Source of the DNA: Acaryochloris thomasi RCC1774
GTDB lineage: Bacteria; Cyanobacteriota; Cyanobacteriia; Thermosynechococcales; Thermosynechococcaceae
Direction: 5' to 3'
Length of the DNA: 32,000 nucleotides
Assembly: GCF_003231495.1 (NCBI RefSeq)
Contig: NZ_PQWO01000005.1
Span: forward strand, 60,001-92,000
The notes under the pieces are model-generated. The model did no database searches. It was not told the origin of the DNA and worked only from the letters and a program-made list of their open reading frames with translations. Shown one piece after another: positions 1 to 10,600 of this stretch. The translations under genes were made by a program, and so were the position numbers. Positions within the stretch are counted from its first letter, which is position 1; every line of letters begins with the position of its first letter.

Positions 1-2718
1 GGTTTTGTCGTCCGCAGAATTACCTTCCCAGATCCGTCAGAGGGTGTTGGCTCGTCTGTTAGTGGAGCGGGAGACATTAACGGTGACGGATTTGACGATC
101 TGATTCTGGGGCCAGATAGTGGCATGTACAAATATGGAGAGACCAAAGTCTATGTCATATACGGAAGCAGTGAGAATACCAGCGGTAGCTTGGGCTTAGC
201 CGATCTCAATGGAAACAATGGCTTTATCATCGAGAGTGCCAACCCCAACAGCACTTCCATTAGACCCTCCAGTTTTGGCAGCGAATACAGTATTGAAACG
301 GGCACAGCGGACAGCAATGCCGGATTTTCGGTCAGTGGGCTAGGCGACATCAACGGAGATGGCATTGATGACTTCATTATTGGCGCACCCAGAAGACCGC
401 TCAAGATACCATTCAGTCCCCCTACCCCCGTCGGTTCAGGACAAGGTTACGTCGTCTTCGGTCGTTCTGAAGGCTTTAGCAAAAACTTCAGCCTAGCCGA
501 GCTTGATGGTGAGACAGGCTTTGTCATTGAAAGCGACACGACCGGAAGCCTCACCGGACAATCCGTCAGCAACGTTGGGGACTTTAACGGCGATGGATTA
601 GACGACATTATCATTGGAGCACCTGGCTTAGACCCTGCAGGAACTAGCTATCTAATCTTCGGCTCAGATAAGGGCTTCGATAAAAGCCTTGCGCTATCAG
701 ACTTAAATGGCAGTAATGGGTTCGCCCTATCTGGCAGCAGCATTGGTGATCAAACGGGGACTGCTGTCAGTGGAGCAGGCGATGTCAACGGTGATGGATT
801 TGATGATCTCATTGTTGCTGCCCCCAACGGCAGCAATGCAGCAGGCATTACCTACGTCCTTTTCGGTACTAATACGACGCCCAGAAGTATCAACGTCGAC
901 AGCTTAAATGGAAACAATGGTTTCGCAATCTTTGGAGAAGAAACATACGACATCTCAGGACTTTCTGTCAGTGACATTGATGACTTTAACGGCGATGGAT
1001 TTGATGACCTCATTATTGGTACAGGGAGTGGCACAAACGGTGTAGGAGTAAGCCACGTGATCTTTGGACAAGCTGACGGTTTTCCTGCAGCTTTGAACGT
1101 GAACGAAATCGACGGCAGGAATGGCTTTAGCATCGTCGGTGAAGAACGGACTGGCGCAGGCCGGTCTGTCAGCGGTGCAGGTGATATTAATGGTGATGGC
1201 TTAGGTGATGTTATTGTCGGCGCCCCCGATACCAATTATTTAGCTGGCGCTAGCTACGTTCTCTTCGGCCAACAAGACAGCGTCGAGCCAGCCGTAGATT
1301 TAGCGAATCTATCTCCCAGTCAGGGATTCTTGATCCCCGGTGATGAGAACTTCAGTCGTGGCTCAAATTCGTACGCTTACATTGGCGATGCTGTCAGTGG
1401 AGCAGGCGATATCAATGGGGATGGGATTGATGACTTGGTCATCGGTTCAAGGGGCGGCTTCATCATAGGGACCGGTTCTGCACAGAGCTATGTTGTCTTT
1501 GGCAACGCTCCGCCTGAGCTTGATCTAAATTCCAAGCAGGATGGTTTGAACTCTACCGCAACCTTTACACAAGGAGCCATTTCCCTTGCTAGACCAGGTA
1601 GCATAGCGGTCACAGATGCCAACACTTCCACTCTGAGAAGCGCAACGATCTCAATTACTAATCCTCTAGATAATGAATCAGAGATCCTAGCGGCTAACGT
1701 TAATGACACTGAGATTACGGCCACCTACGACAGTGCGACATCGACGCTGACCCTGACCGGGAAAGATACGCTTGAGAACTATCAGCGAGTTCTAGCAACC
1801 ATTACCTATAACAATACGGCTGATAGCCCTGACCCGACAGATCGCTCCATCCAATTTGTCATCAATGATGGTGCAGATTTTAGTAATGAAAGTGCGATGG
1901 CCGATGGCCGGTCGGAGACCATCGCAACGACAGCCATCACGTTCGAGTTACTTAACAGAATTGACGGCACAAGTGATCCCGATACGCTGTTCGGAAGCCG
2001 AGAAGCGGATCGAATTATTGGCTTCGGCGGCAATGACTTCATCTCTGGGCGTTCTGGCAACGATGTCTTAGCAGGCAGATCAGGAAACGATCAGATCTTT
2101 GGTAACAACGGCAATGATAGCCTCAACGGCAATCGGGGCAACGATTTGCTCAACGGCGGCAGCGGGGACGACCTCCTGAGAGCTGGACAAGGCAAAGATA
2201 AACTCTTCGGCAGTCGAGGAGACGATATTCTGCGGGGCAATCAGGGAAACGATATCCTCCTGGGCGGTTCGGGCAACGACAGCCTCAATGGCGGAAAGGG
2301 TCTTGACCTCTTATATGGCAGTAGCGGAGATGATTCCCTCAAGGGAGGCAGTGGGGGTGATCGACTGTTCGGCGGGGTTGGCGATGACACCTTGCGTGGC
2401 GGCAATGGCATCGACCTACTCCAGGGCAGTCAGGGTCATGACCGACTTGACGGCGGCTTCGGAAGCGACAGTCTCTTTGGCGGTGCGGGGAGTGATCAAT
2501 TTGTGCTGCGGGCAGGCGACGGCAACGACATTATTTTTGACTATCAAGACGACATTGATTCTTTTGCTCTGGATGGTCTAGATTTAGCCGATCTTGAGAT
2601 TCATCAAGGATTAGGTCAAACAACCGTTCGGGTCAGAGAGACACAAGAAACGTTGGCAACCTTGCTGAATATACAGGCATCGATAGTCGAAGACACAGAT
2701 TTTACTATCTCAACTTAA
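1..2718 (+). CDS. Giant FG-GAP propeller / RTX calcium-binding protein, paralog A (5' end outside window)
   Basis: Frame 1 is open from base 1. GFVVRRITFPDPSEGVGSSVSGAGDINGDGFDDLILG precedes the in-frame ATG at 124, so that Met is internal and the gene continues upstream. Contains seven FG-GAP-type blades (1-1509), a ~145-aa post-propeller module (1510-1944), 18 GGxGxDxLx nonapeptides (2026-2511) and a ~68-aa tail ending in TAA at 2716-2718. Confidence 0.9.
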   Translation, partial: GFVVRRITFPDPSEGVGSSVSGAGDINGDGFDDLILGPDSGMYKYGETKVYVIYGSSENTSGSLGLADLNGNNGFIIESANPNSTSIRPSSFGSEYSIETGTADSNAGFSVSGLGDINGDGIDDFIIGAPRRPLKIPFSPPTPVGSGQGYVVFGRSEGFSKNFSLAELDGETGFVIESDTTGSLTGQSVSNVGDFNGDGLDDIIIGAPGLDPAGTSYLIFGSDKGFDKSLALSDLNGSNGFALSGSSIGDQTGTAVSGAGDVNGDGFDDLIVAAPNGSNAAGITYVLFGTNTTPRSINVDSLNGNNGFAIFGEETYDISGLSVSDIDDFNGDGFDDLIIGTGSGTNGVGVSHVIFGQADGFPAALNVNEIDGRNGFSIVGEERTGAGRSVSGAGDINGDGLGDVIVGAPDTNYLAGASYVLFGQQDSVEPAVDLANLSPSQGFLIPGDENFSRGSNSYAYIGDAVSGAGDINGDGIDDLVIGSRGGFIIGTGSAQSYVVFGNAPPELDLNSKQDGLNSTATFTQGAISLARPGSIAVTDANTSTLRSATISITNPLDNESEILAANVNDTEITATYDSATSTLTLTGKDTLENYQRVLATITYNNTADSPDPTDRSIQFVINDGADFSNESAMADGRSETIATTAITFELLNRIDGTSDPDTLFGSREADRIIGFGGNDFISGRSGNDVLAGRSGNDQIFGNNGNDSLNGNRGNDLLNGGSGDDLLRAGQGKDKLFGSRGDDILRGNQGNDILLGGSGNDSLNGGKGLDLLYGSSGDDSLKGGSGGDRLFGGVGDDTLRGGNGIDLLQGSQGHDRLDGGFGSDSLFGGAGSDQFVLRAGDGNDIIFDYQDDIDSFALDGLDLADLEIHQGLGQTTVRVRETQETLATLLNIQASIVEDTDFTIST
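2026..2511 (+). repeat. RTX block of paralog A: 18 contiguous 27-nt (nonapeptide GGxGxDxLx) repeats
   Basis: GGNDFISGR SGNDVLAGR SGNDQIFGN ... FGSDSLFGG AGSDQFVLR. The register is unbroken for 18 x 9 residues. Confidence 0.9.
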
Positions 2719-2795
2719 AAGTCTTTTGCAAGCACAAAAGCTTTAGTTTTCACGACCCTCGCCCTAAACATTGAACTGCAATCCAGACAACAACC

Positions 2796-5700
2796 ATGGC
2801 TAACTCAATTCTCAAGCTCGAAGATCTCAACGGCAGTAACGGATTTGCCATTGTGGGCAACGGTGTTCCTTACAGCGGGTTGGCCATCGATGAAGTCGGG
2901 GACATCAATGGCGATGGACTCGATGACATCATTATCGGCAACCCTGCTGGTGGTGCAGATTCATTGGGAGAAGGCTATGTCATATTCGGGCGCTCTGATG
3001 GGTTTATCGATCGGCTTGATCTATCTAGCCTTGATGGCAGTAATGGGTTCATTATCAACGGTATTGCTGGACTTACCCGTGGCTTTGGTATTGGTTCTTT
3101 CGCCCGTGGCCTCGGAGACATCAATGTAGATGGAATCAGTGATGTAGCCATTGGTACATTTTCAGGTGATTCAAGATTTGTCATCTTCGGTCAGTCCGAA
3201 GCTTTCAGCGCCAGTATTGATCTGCAGCAGAGCCAAAACGCTTCTGTTCTTAACGTTGCAGGTTTAGTGAGCAGTGTGGGAGACATCAATAATGATGGCT
3301 TTAATGACTTCATTTTTGAAGGATCTGCCAACAATACAGTCAATATCATCTTCGGTAACGGTCAAGGTTTTGACGACTCCTTCGACGGTACGAACGTAGA
3401 CGGTACGAACGTAGACGGCACCAATGGCTTTGAACTGCAGGTGAGTGAGGAGATCTCCCTCATCCGAGATACAGGAGACATTGTTCAAGATGCAGGAGAC
3501 ATCAACGGCGACGGCATTAACGATCTCATTATCGGTCGTCCATCTAGACAAAATACAACAAGCACAAGCCACATTGTTTTCGGCAGCAGCCAAGGATTTG
3601 CAGCCAGTCTCAACGTTGCTAACCTAGACGGCAGTAACGGATTCACGCTTAATGGATCGGGAGACAGCGTTGCGGTCAGCGGCGTGGGTGATTTCAACGG
3701 AGACGGAGTTGACGACTTTGTGATCGGGGCACCGTTCGCCAGTCCCAGCAATACTGCTAGCGCAGGCCAAAGCTATCTTGTTTTTGGTGGCCAAGACTTT
3801 GAGGCCAATTTTGATCTGGCTGACTTAGATGGCACAAACGGTTTCGCTATCAACGGCATTGGCATCAGCGATCAAGCGGGTTATGCCGTTAGTGATGCAG
3901 GCGATATTAACGGCGATGGCTTTGATGACATCATCATCAGTGCCTCCCAAGTTCGCTCACCCGGCAACTACACGCCAACTTTTTCCTATGGCCCTGGTCA
4001 GAACTATGTCATCTTCGGGTCTAGCGGTGGTTTCCAAGATCAGCTGAATCTTGCAGATCTTGATGGCAGCAATGGTTTTTCTATTGAGGAGCCTGATCTC
4101 AACGGCAATTTTCAAAGCTCTTCTGTCAGTGGTGCAGGCGATATCAACGGCGACGGCATTGATGATCTGGTCATTGGCACTCCTGAAGACAGTACGAGCT
4201 ACGTGGTGTTTGGCAATACTGCACCAGAGCTCGATCTCAATGGCTCAGACGATGGCAATAATATTTCCGTCAACTTTACCGGCGGTCCTATTCGAGTGCT
4301 TGAGAGCGCCAGCATCTTAGACTCCAACACTTCTACGCTGGCAGGTATCACCGTCACGATTGCCAATCCCTTAGATGGTAATGCTGAAACGCTAGCAGTT
4401 GAAACAGGCGGGACGAGCATCACCACTGCATTTGATCCGACGATGGCCACCCTGACGCTCAGCGGTCAGGACACTCCCGCAGCTTACCAACAGGTTCTTG
4501 CCACGCTGACCTATAACAACACATCGGCTAGCCCCAATAGCACTGCGCGTCGGCTCCGTATTGTCGCTGACGATGGCGAGGCTCACAGCAACAAGGGCAG
4601 CATCGCCATTGCTTCAGTTGTTTTTCCGCCTGCAGGTGAATTGAATCGTTTGCCTGAGGCTGAGAGGGATGCGATCGCAACCCTAGAGAATATCCCTATA
4701 ACCCTCAACGTACTCGACAATGATCGCGATCTAAACGGTGATGCCCTAGAGCTTACGAACATCAACGTCAGCAATACTCGCGGCACCGTCACGGAGACCG
4801 GCAACGGCACCCTCAGGTATGACCCTAGTGGCGGATTTGATTTCCCGGCACCCGGTATTGAATTCACAGATCGGTTTGAATACACCGTCAGCGACGGCCA
4901 GGGCGGAACTGACACAGCAGAAGTCATCGTCACAGTCACGGGCACATTCGACACACCCTTTGAGCTAGCCGATCTAGACAGCAGTAGCGGCTTCACTATC
5001 GACGGTCTTCAGGCAGACGATCGCCTCGGCCGTGCCGTCAGCAATGCTGGCGATATTAATGGTGATGGCCTTGACGATCTTGCCTTCTTCTCGGGTGTCG
5101 AAGGCCTCATTGTTTTTGGTCAAGAGGCGGGCCAACCATCAGCGACGGATCTTACGGTGCTAGACGGTACGAACGGTTTCTCTCTTCGAAGTTCCTATGG
5201 CCCCAACGCCATCAGCAGCGCTGGCGATGTCAATGGCGATGGCTTCGATGATCTCATTATTAGCGAGGCAACCTACACCTACGAATCAGGCGGTCTTGGA
5301 ACCTATATCGTTTTCGGCAGCGATCAAGGCTTCAGCCCTAGGCTTGGGATTGAAGATCTAGACGGTACCAATGGTTTTGTCATCTCTAGGATCAGCAATG
5401 CCGGTGCAGACAGCGTTTCTGCCGATGGCATCGGCGACTTCAACGGGGATGGTATTGATGACATCGTGACTGGAGACAGCGGTTCAGGGAACGGCTACGT
5501 ATTGGGTTCCAGCACTGTTGTGTTTGGTACCACCAGTGGCTTTGACCCACGCATCGACCCTATAGCTCTTGATGGCAGTAATGGCTTTCAAATCACAAAC
5601 TTGATTTCTCCGACGGTGGGGGCTGCAGGTGACATCAACGGCGACGGCTTTGCCGATATTGTTGTTGGCGATACCCGCAGAGACAACTACGACAGTCAGA

Positions 5701-7544
5701 TTGGCAAAACATACGTTATTTTTGGAGGCCGTCGCGATTTTAACGCCAGTCTTGATACCTCTGAGCTAGACGGCACCAACGGCTTTGTTCTCGAAGGCGT
5801 CGTGCGAGGCGATCAAGCAGGGGGCGCAGTCAGTGGAACGGGAGATATCAATGGGGATGGCGTTGATGATCTGCTGATTAGCGCAACCGGTACTCGCTTT
5901 TTCGGCAACATCAATACGGGGCAAAGCTACATCGTTTTCGGCAACGCCAACGGATTCGACGCCACCGTTAGTCTTGCCGATCTCGATGGCACCAATGGTT
6001 TTACCCTTGCAGCCATTAATACCAATGCAGGCACATCGGTCAGTGGCGCTGGAGACATCAACGGCGATGGCTTAAACGACTTCATCGTTGGCGATACTGA
6101 CGACTATGACAGCGAAGATAGCGGCAGAGCCTACGTCGTTTTTGGTCAAACAGAAGGGTTCTCCCCCATACTCAACCTGACAGAGCTGAACGGTTTTAAC
6201 GGTTTCATCTTAAATGGCGTTGCGGCTAATGACGATGCGGGTAGCGCCATCAGTACCGCCGGAGACATCAATAACGACGGTATTGACGATCTGATCGTAG
6301 GGGCGCCCAATGCTGACCCAAACGGCAGAGATGATGCGGGAAGCAGCTACGTTGTCTACGGCAATGCCGCGCCTGAATTGGACCTTGATAATGGGCAGGC
6401 AGGCCGTGATGCAGCAATCACGTTCACGGGTGAAGCCGTCGCCATCAATCTAAATCTGACGGTTGCTGACGCCAATAGCCCCACCCTCGCAAAGGCAACC
6501 ATTGTTATTACTAACTCTCTAGATAGTGCATCTGAGAGCCTAGCCGCAGTCGTCAATGACACGAACATCACCGCAGTATACGACAGTGCCCGATCAACCT
6601 TGACGCTCACTGGAGAAGATACGGTCGAGAACTATCAGCAAGCCTTGCAGACCGTTACCTATAGCAACACCTCAGCAGCACCTGACACCACAGAGCGCAC
6701 CATTCAGTTTGTTCTGGACGATGGGTCTGGCTTTAGCAACAACAGCACGGTGGCAACCACGACAGTCTCCTTCGAGCTGCTAAATCAAGTTAACGGCACC
6801 GACAATGCGGACCGGCTGACGGGCACACCTGATGAAGATCGAATCCGCGGCTTTGGCGGCAATGACTTCATTCGCGGACGTTCGGGTAACGATGTACTAA
6901 TTGGCAACTCTGGCAAAGATCAAATATTTGGCAGTCGAGGCAACGACTCTCTCTACGGGAATCGGGGCAACGATCTTCTCAATGGCGGCAGCGGCAACGA
7001 CCTCCTGAGAGCTGGGCAAGGTAAAGACAAACTTTTTGGCAGTCGAGGGGACGATATTCTGCGGGGCAACGACGGGGACGATCTCCTCTTGGGTGGTGCG
7101 GGTAATGACCGCCTCAATGGTGGCAATGGTCTTGATCTATTAAACGGCAGCAACGGCGATGATTTCCTGAAGGGAGGCAAGGGTGATGATCGACTGTTCG
7201 GCGGGGTCGGCGATGACACGCTGCGCGGCGGCAATGGCGTAGACTTACTCCAGGGCGGCCAGGGCAATGACCGACTTGACAGTGGCTTTGGGGGCGACAG
7301 TCTATTTGGCGGTGCTGGAGCCGATCAGTTTGTGCTGCGGGCAGGCAATGGCAACAACACGATTTTTGACTATCAAGATGGCGTTGATTCTTTTGTGCTG
7401 GATGGTTTAGATTTTGCCGATCTTGAGATTCAGCAAGGATTAGGCCACACAACGATTCAGACCAAAAACGAGCATACTTTAGTCACCTTAATTGGCATTC
7501 AAGCGTCTGCAATTGAGGCCACAGATTTTATTGTGCTGGTCTGA
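2796..7544 (+). CDS. Giant double FG-GAP propeller / cadherin-like / RTX calcium-binding protein, paralog B (1582 aa)
   Basis: 4749-nt ORF with an ATG start. MANSILKLEDLNGSNGF enters blade 1 directly, with no hydrophobic leader. Propeller 1 is 2796-4220 (7 blades) and module 1 is 4221-4631. The cadherin/VCBS-like domain is 4632-4943 (LNVLDNDRDLNGDAL...FEYTVSDGQGGTDTAEVIVTVTG). Propeller 2 is 4944-6368 (7 blades), module 2 is 6369-6773, RTX is 6855-7340, followed by the C-terminal tail. Confidence 0.92.
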   Translation: MANSILKLEDLNGSNGFAIVGNGVPYSGLAIDEVGDINGDGLDDIIIGNPAGGADSLGEGYVIFGRSDGFIDRLDLSSLDGSNGFIINGIAGLTRGFGIGSFARGLGDINVDGISDVAIGTFSGDSRFVIFGQSEAFSASIDLQQSQNASVLNVAGLVSSVGDINNDGFNDFIFEGSANNTVNIIFGNGQGFDDSFDGTNVDGTNVDGTNGFELQVSEEISLIRDTGDIVQDAGDINGDGINDLIIGRPSRQNTTSTSHIVFGSSQGFAASLNVANLDGSNGFTLNGSGDSVAVSGVGDFNGDGVDDFVIGAPFASPSNTASAGQSYLVFGGQDFEANFDLADLDGTNGFAINGIGISDQAGYAVSDAGDINGDGFDDIIISASQVRSPGNYTPTFSYGPGQNYVIFGSSGGFQDQLNLADLDGSNGFSIEEPDLNGNFQSSSVSGAGDINGDGIDDLVIGTPEDSTSYVVFGNTAPELDLNGSDDGNNISVNFTGGPIRVLESASILDSNTSTLAGITVTIANPLDGNAETLAVETGGTSITTAFDPTMATLTLSGQDTPAAYQQVLATLTYNNTSASPNSTARRLRIVADDGEAHSNKGSIAIASVVFPPAGELNRLPEAERDAIATLENIPITLNVLDNDRDLNGDALELTNINVSNTRGTVTETGNGTLRYDPSGGFDFPAPGIEFTDRFEYTVSDGQGGTDTAEVIVTVTGTFDTPFELADLDSSSGFTIDGLQADDRLGRAVSNAGDINGDGLDDLAFFSGVEGLIVFGQEAGQPSATDLTVLDGTNGFSLRSSYGPNAISSAGDVNGDGFDDLIISEATYTYESGGLGTYIVFGSDQGFSPRLGIEDLDGTNGFVISRISNAGADSVSADGIGDFNGDGIDDIVTGDSGSGNGYVLGSSTVVFGTTSGFDPRIDPIALDGSNGFQITNLISPTVGAAGDINGDGFADIVVGDTRRDNYDSQIGKTYVIFGGRRDFNASLDTSELDGTNGFVLEGVVRGDQAGGAVSGTGDINGDGVDDLLISATGTRFFGNINTGQSYIVFGNANGFDATVSLADLDGTNGFTLAAINTNAGTSVSGAGDINGDGLNDFIVGDTDDYDSEDSGRAYVVFGQTEGFSPILNLTELNGFNGFILNGVAANDDAGSAISTAGDINNDGIDDLIVGAPNADPNGRDDAGSSYVVYGNAAPELDLDNGQAGRDAAITFTGEAVAINLNLTVADANSPTLAKATIVITNSLDSASESLAAVVNDTNITAVYDSARSTLTLTGEDTVENYQQALQTVTYSNTSAAPDTTERTIQFVLDDGSGFSNNSTVATTTVSFELLNQVNGTDNADRLTGTPDEDRIRGFGGNDFIRGRSGNDVLIGNSGKDQIFGSRGNDSLYGNRGNDLLNGGSGNDLLRAGQGKDKLFGSRGDDILRGNDGDDLLLGGAGNDRLNGGNGLDLLNGSNGDDFLKGGKGDDRLFGGVGDDTLRGGNGVDLLQGGQGNDRLDSGFGGDSLFGGAGADQFVLRAGNGNNTIFDYQDGVDSFVLDGLDFADLEIQQGLGHTTIQTKNEHTLVTLIGIQASAIEATDFIVLV
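3384..3425 (+). repeat. Perfect in-frame 15-bp tandem duplication (gacggtacgaacgta x2, then a diverged partial third unit) inside paralog B
   Basis: Bases 3384-3398 and 3399-3413 are identical, followed by gacggcaccaat. The translation is DGTNV DGTNV DGTN at the entry of blade 4. Confidence 0.9.
4671..4678. repeat. HIP1 palindrome GCGATCGC
   Basis: Exact match, followed by AA (GCGATCGCAA). Confidence 0.9.
6855..7340 (+). repeat. RTX block of paralog B: 18 contiguous nonapeptide repeats
   Basis: GGNDFIRGR SGNDVLIGN ... FGGDSLFGG AGADQFVLR. Same count and register as A. Confidence 0.9.
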
Positions 7545-7637
7545 GTACTGCCTAAACTGATCACCAGCACTTTTCATACTGCTTAAAATCAGCAGTGAAC
7601 GACTGATTCACCCAAATATTTGATAGCGAGCATAGAG

Positions 7638-10600
7638 ATGGACAGCATCATCATTCAAGCCTCTGACCTTGATGGCAGCAATGGTTTCATCATCAGCGGT
7701 ATCAATACAAACGACCAGACTGGTTTCTCAGTTAGTGCCGCAGGCGATTTCAACGGTGATGGCATTGGTGATCTGATCATTGGAGCACCCGCAGCCAACG
7801 CTCAAAATAGCCTCGGTAAAAGCTATGTTGTGTTCGGACAATCAACGGGCTTCAATGCCAGCCTGGATTTGGCTACATTGGATGGCAGCAACGGTTTCGT
7901 CCTCAATGGCGTTGAAGCAGGGGACTATTCTGGTTTCGCAGTTAGCAGTGCAGACGTTAATGGCGATGGTTTCGATGACGTCATTATTGGTTCATCGGGG
8001 CCATACTTTAATGCGCCCGGTGCCAAAACCCATGTTGTCTTTGGTCAAGCTGGCCCATTCTCTGCAAATGTTGACCTGTCGGATCTTGATGGCAGTAACG
8101 GTTTTCTCTTCAATGGCAACGTCGTCGCCAACTTCCCCGGTACGTCTGTCAGAGGTGCAGGAGATATTAATGGAGATGGCCTAGAGGATGTGATTATTGG
8201 AGCTTCCGGCGCCAATGATGATGTGGGAGAAAGCTATGTCATTTTTGGTCAGACTGAAGCATTCTCGGCGAGCTTTGGGGTTTCAGATCTCAATGGCAGC
8301 AATGGTTTTGTCATCAATGGCACTACCACACGTGGCAACTTTGGCTGGTCAGTCAGCGGTGCGGGTGACGTCAATGGAGACGGTTTTGACGATTTGATTA
8401 TCGGCGCGATCAGTGGTGGACGAGGTGGTCGGGGACGGAGTCATATTGTGTTTGGCCAAGCAGCAGCATTTGCACCAACGTTTGATATCACAAGCTTGAA
8501 TGGTACGAACGGCTTTGTGTTGACAGATGGCGGCAGTTTTTCCGTCAGCAGTGCTGGCGATATCAACAATGATGGTTTTGATGATTTCGTGGTTGGTGCC
8601 AGAGATGACGGGGAAGATGGCCGGAGTTACGTCATATTTGGTGATGCTGAAATTGGAGCATCGGGTAGTCTTTCTCTCACTGCCCTCAACGGCAGTAATG
8701 GTTTTGCAATCAATGGCTCTAGCACCTTCAGTGGGGAATCAGGATATTCGGTCAGTGGGATCGGTGACGTCAATGGGGATGGCATAGATGACCTTCTGAT
8801 TGGTGATCCCTCGGCTGACCCGGACAATGGCAGCCTGTTGGGAATACTCGAAGGGCAGAGTTACGTCGTCTTTGGTCGGACTGATGGATTCTCAGCAAGT
8901 TTAGATCTAGCTGCTCTAAGCGGTGACGAGGGGTTTGTCATTGACGGTACTGATGCCTATGACAATCTTGGGTTTTCGGTGAGTGGTGCTGGAGACGTGA
9001 ATGGCGACGGCATTAATGACATTATTGTGGGTGCGCCAGGCGCTGATGTCAGCAATGGTCAAGGTAGTGAAGTTGGCGAAGGTTATGTGATTTTTGGCAA
9101 TGCTGCGCCGCAGCTTGATCTCAACGGTGGCTCAACAGGAATCAACTTTGAAGCAGTCTTTGAAGGAAATGCGGTTGCGATCGCAAACCACTTCAACTTA
9201 AGTCTCACCGACCCCAATAATACTTCCCTCGTAGGAGCAACCATCGAGATCACAAACGCCATTAATGGTGCAGCAGAAGGACTGGCTGTTGATACCCAAG
9301 GGACAAATATCACCGCTAGCTACGACGCAGAAACTGGGACGCTAACGCTAACAGGGGAAGATACCGTCACCCAATACCAGCAGGCCTTGCGGACCCTGAC
9401 CTATAACAACAGCGTTGCCAATGCAAACACCACCGATCGATTGATTGAAGTTACCGTGGATGATGGCGGGGCTTTTAGCAATGTAAGTGCGATCGCAACT
9501 GCAACCGTCACCTTTGCACCAGACCTCCCCAACCTCCTGCCTAATGCAACCGACGACAACATCACAACCGCCAATAGTGGCCCGATCACCATTGACCTGC
9601 TGGCAAATGATAGCGATCCCAACGCAGATGCAATCAAGGTGGTTGAGATTGACACCTCCAATACCCGAGGAGCAGTCAGCCTCAATGACGAAGGTACAGT
9701 AACCTACAATCCCCCACCTGCATTTGCCGCTATACCACCCGGAATTAGTCTCACAGATAGCTTTGGCTATACCATCGAAGACGATTTGGGGGGCCAAAGC
9801 ACTGCAACGGCCACCCTCACTGTTGCCGGCAGCACCATTCCATCAACCCTCGATCTTGCAAACCTCAACGGCAATAATGGCTTCACAATTAACGGTGTTA
9901 GTGCCGAAGATTATACAGGTCACTCTGTCAGCAGTGCCGGTGACATCAACGGTGACGGGTTCGACGACGTCATCATTGGAGAAAGTGAGTTTAAGCGAGG
10001 CTACAGCGATAGATTTCGTTCAGGCAAAAGCTATGTCGTTTTTGGCAATCAGCAAACCTTTGAACCCGCCTTAGACTTATCAAACCTTGATGGCAGCAAC
10101 GGATTCGTGCTGGATGGTATCGCAGTCGGGCCGCGCGGCTTAGCCGTCAGTGATGCCGGCGACATCAACGGTGACGGACTCGATGATTTACTCATTGGGG
10201 CACCGAACGCAGGCCCTAATCCTGGTAGTGATGGTGCCGCCTTTTCTGGACAGGCCTATGTCGTGTTTGGCACCACTGAAGGGTTTGCCCCTAACGTAGA
10301 TCTACCTGGCCTCAATGGTCAAAATGGTTTCATCATCAACAGTATGGGTGATTATGATCTATTGGGGACCTCCGTTAGCAATGCTGGCGATGTGAATGGG
10401 GATGGGATAGACGATCTGATTGTTGGCCCCTTGCGGTCAGATCAGTACTACTCGGGCGAGAGCTATGTGATATTCGGACGGACCGAGGGATTTAGCTCAA
10501 CGCTTAGCCTTGCTGATCTCAACGGCAATAACGGCTTTATCATCAATAGCAATGGCCGTGAACTCTATGACGCCTCAGTGAGTAGCGCCAGAGATATTAA

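Noticed and set aside
2026-2511. A regular 27-nt periodicity that could superficially resemble a repeat-spacer (CRISPR-like) array.
   Set aside because: The period is contiguous with no spacers, it is in frame, and it translates to the RTX nonapeptide consensus. No cas genes are present.
4583-4996. Antisense ORFs of 137 aa (4583-4996) and 149 aa (9348-9797), plus many 60-130-aa ORFs on both strands inside the propeller and cadherin-like regions.
   Set aside because: They are fully nested in the giant genes and have no recognisable motifs. Long spurious ORFs are expected in repetitive Gly/Asp/Asn-rich coding sequence.
6953-7452. Minus-strand and alternate-frame ORFs across the RTX blocks. Examples: 6953-7267 and 7114-7452 in B, 11882-12304 in C, 16993-17184 and 17127-17474 in D, and 1806-2060 and 2288-2581 in A.
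   Set aside because: Their Pro/Ser/Arg/Leu-rich or Cys/His/Arg-rich low-complexity translations are just other reading frames of the periodic GGxGxD codons. They lie fully inside strongly supported genes and have no independent signals.
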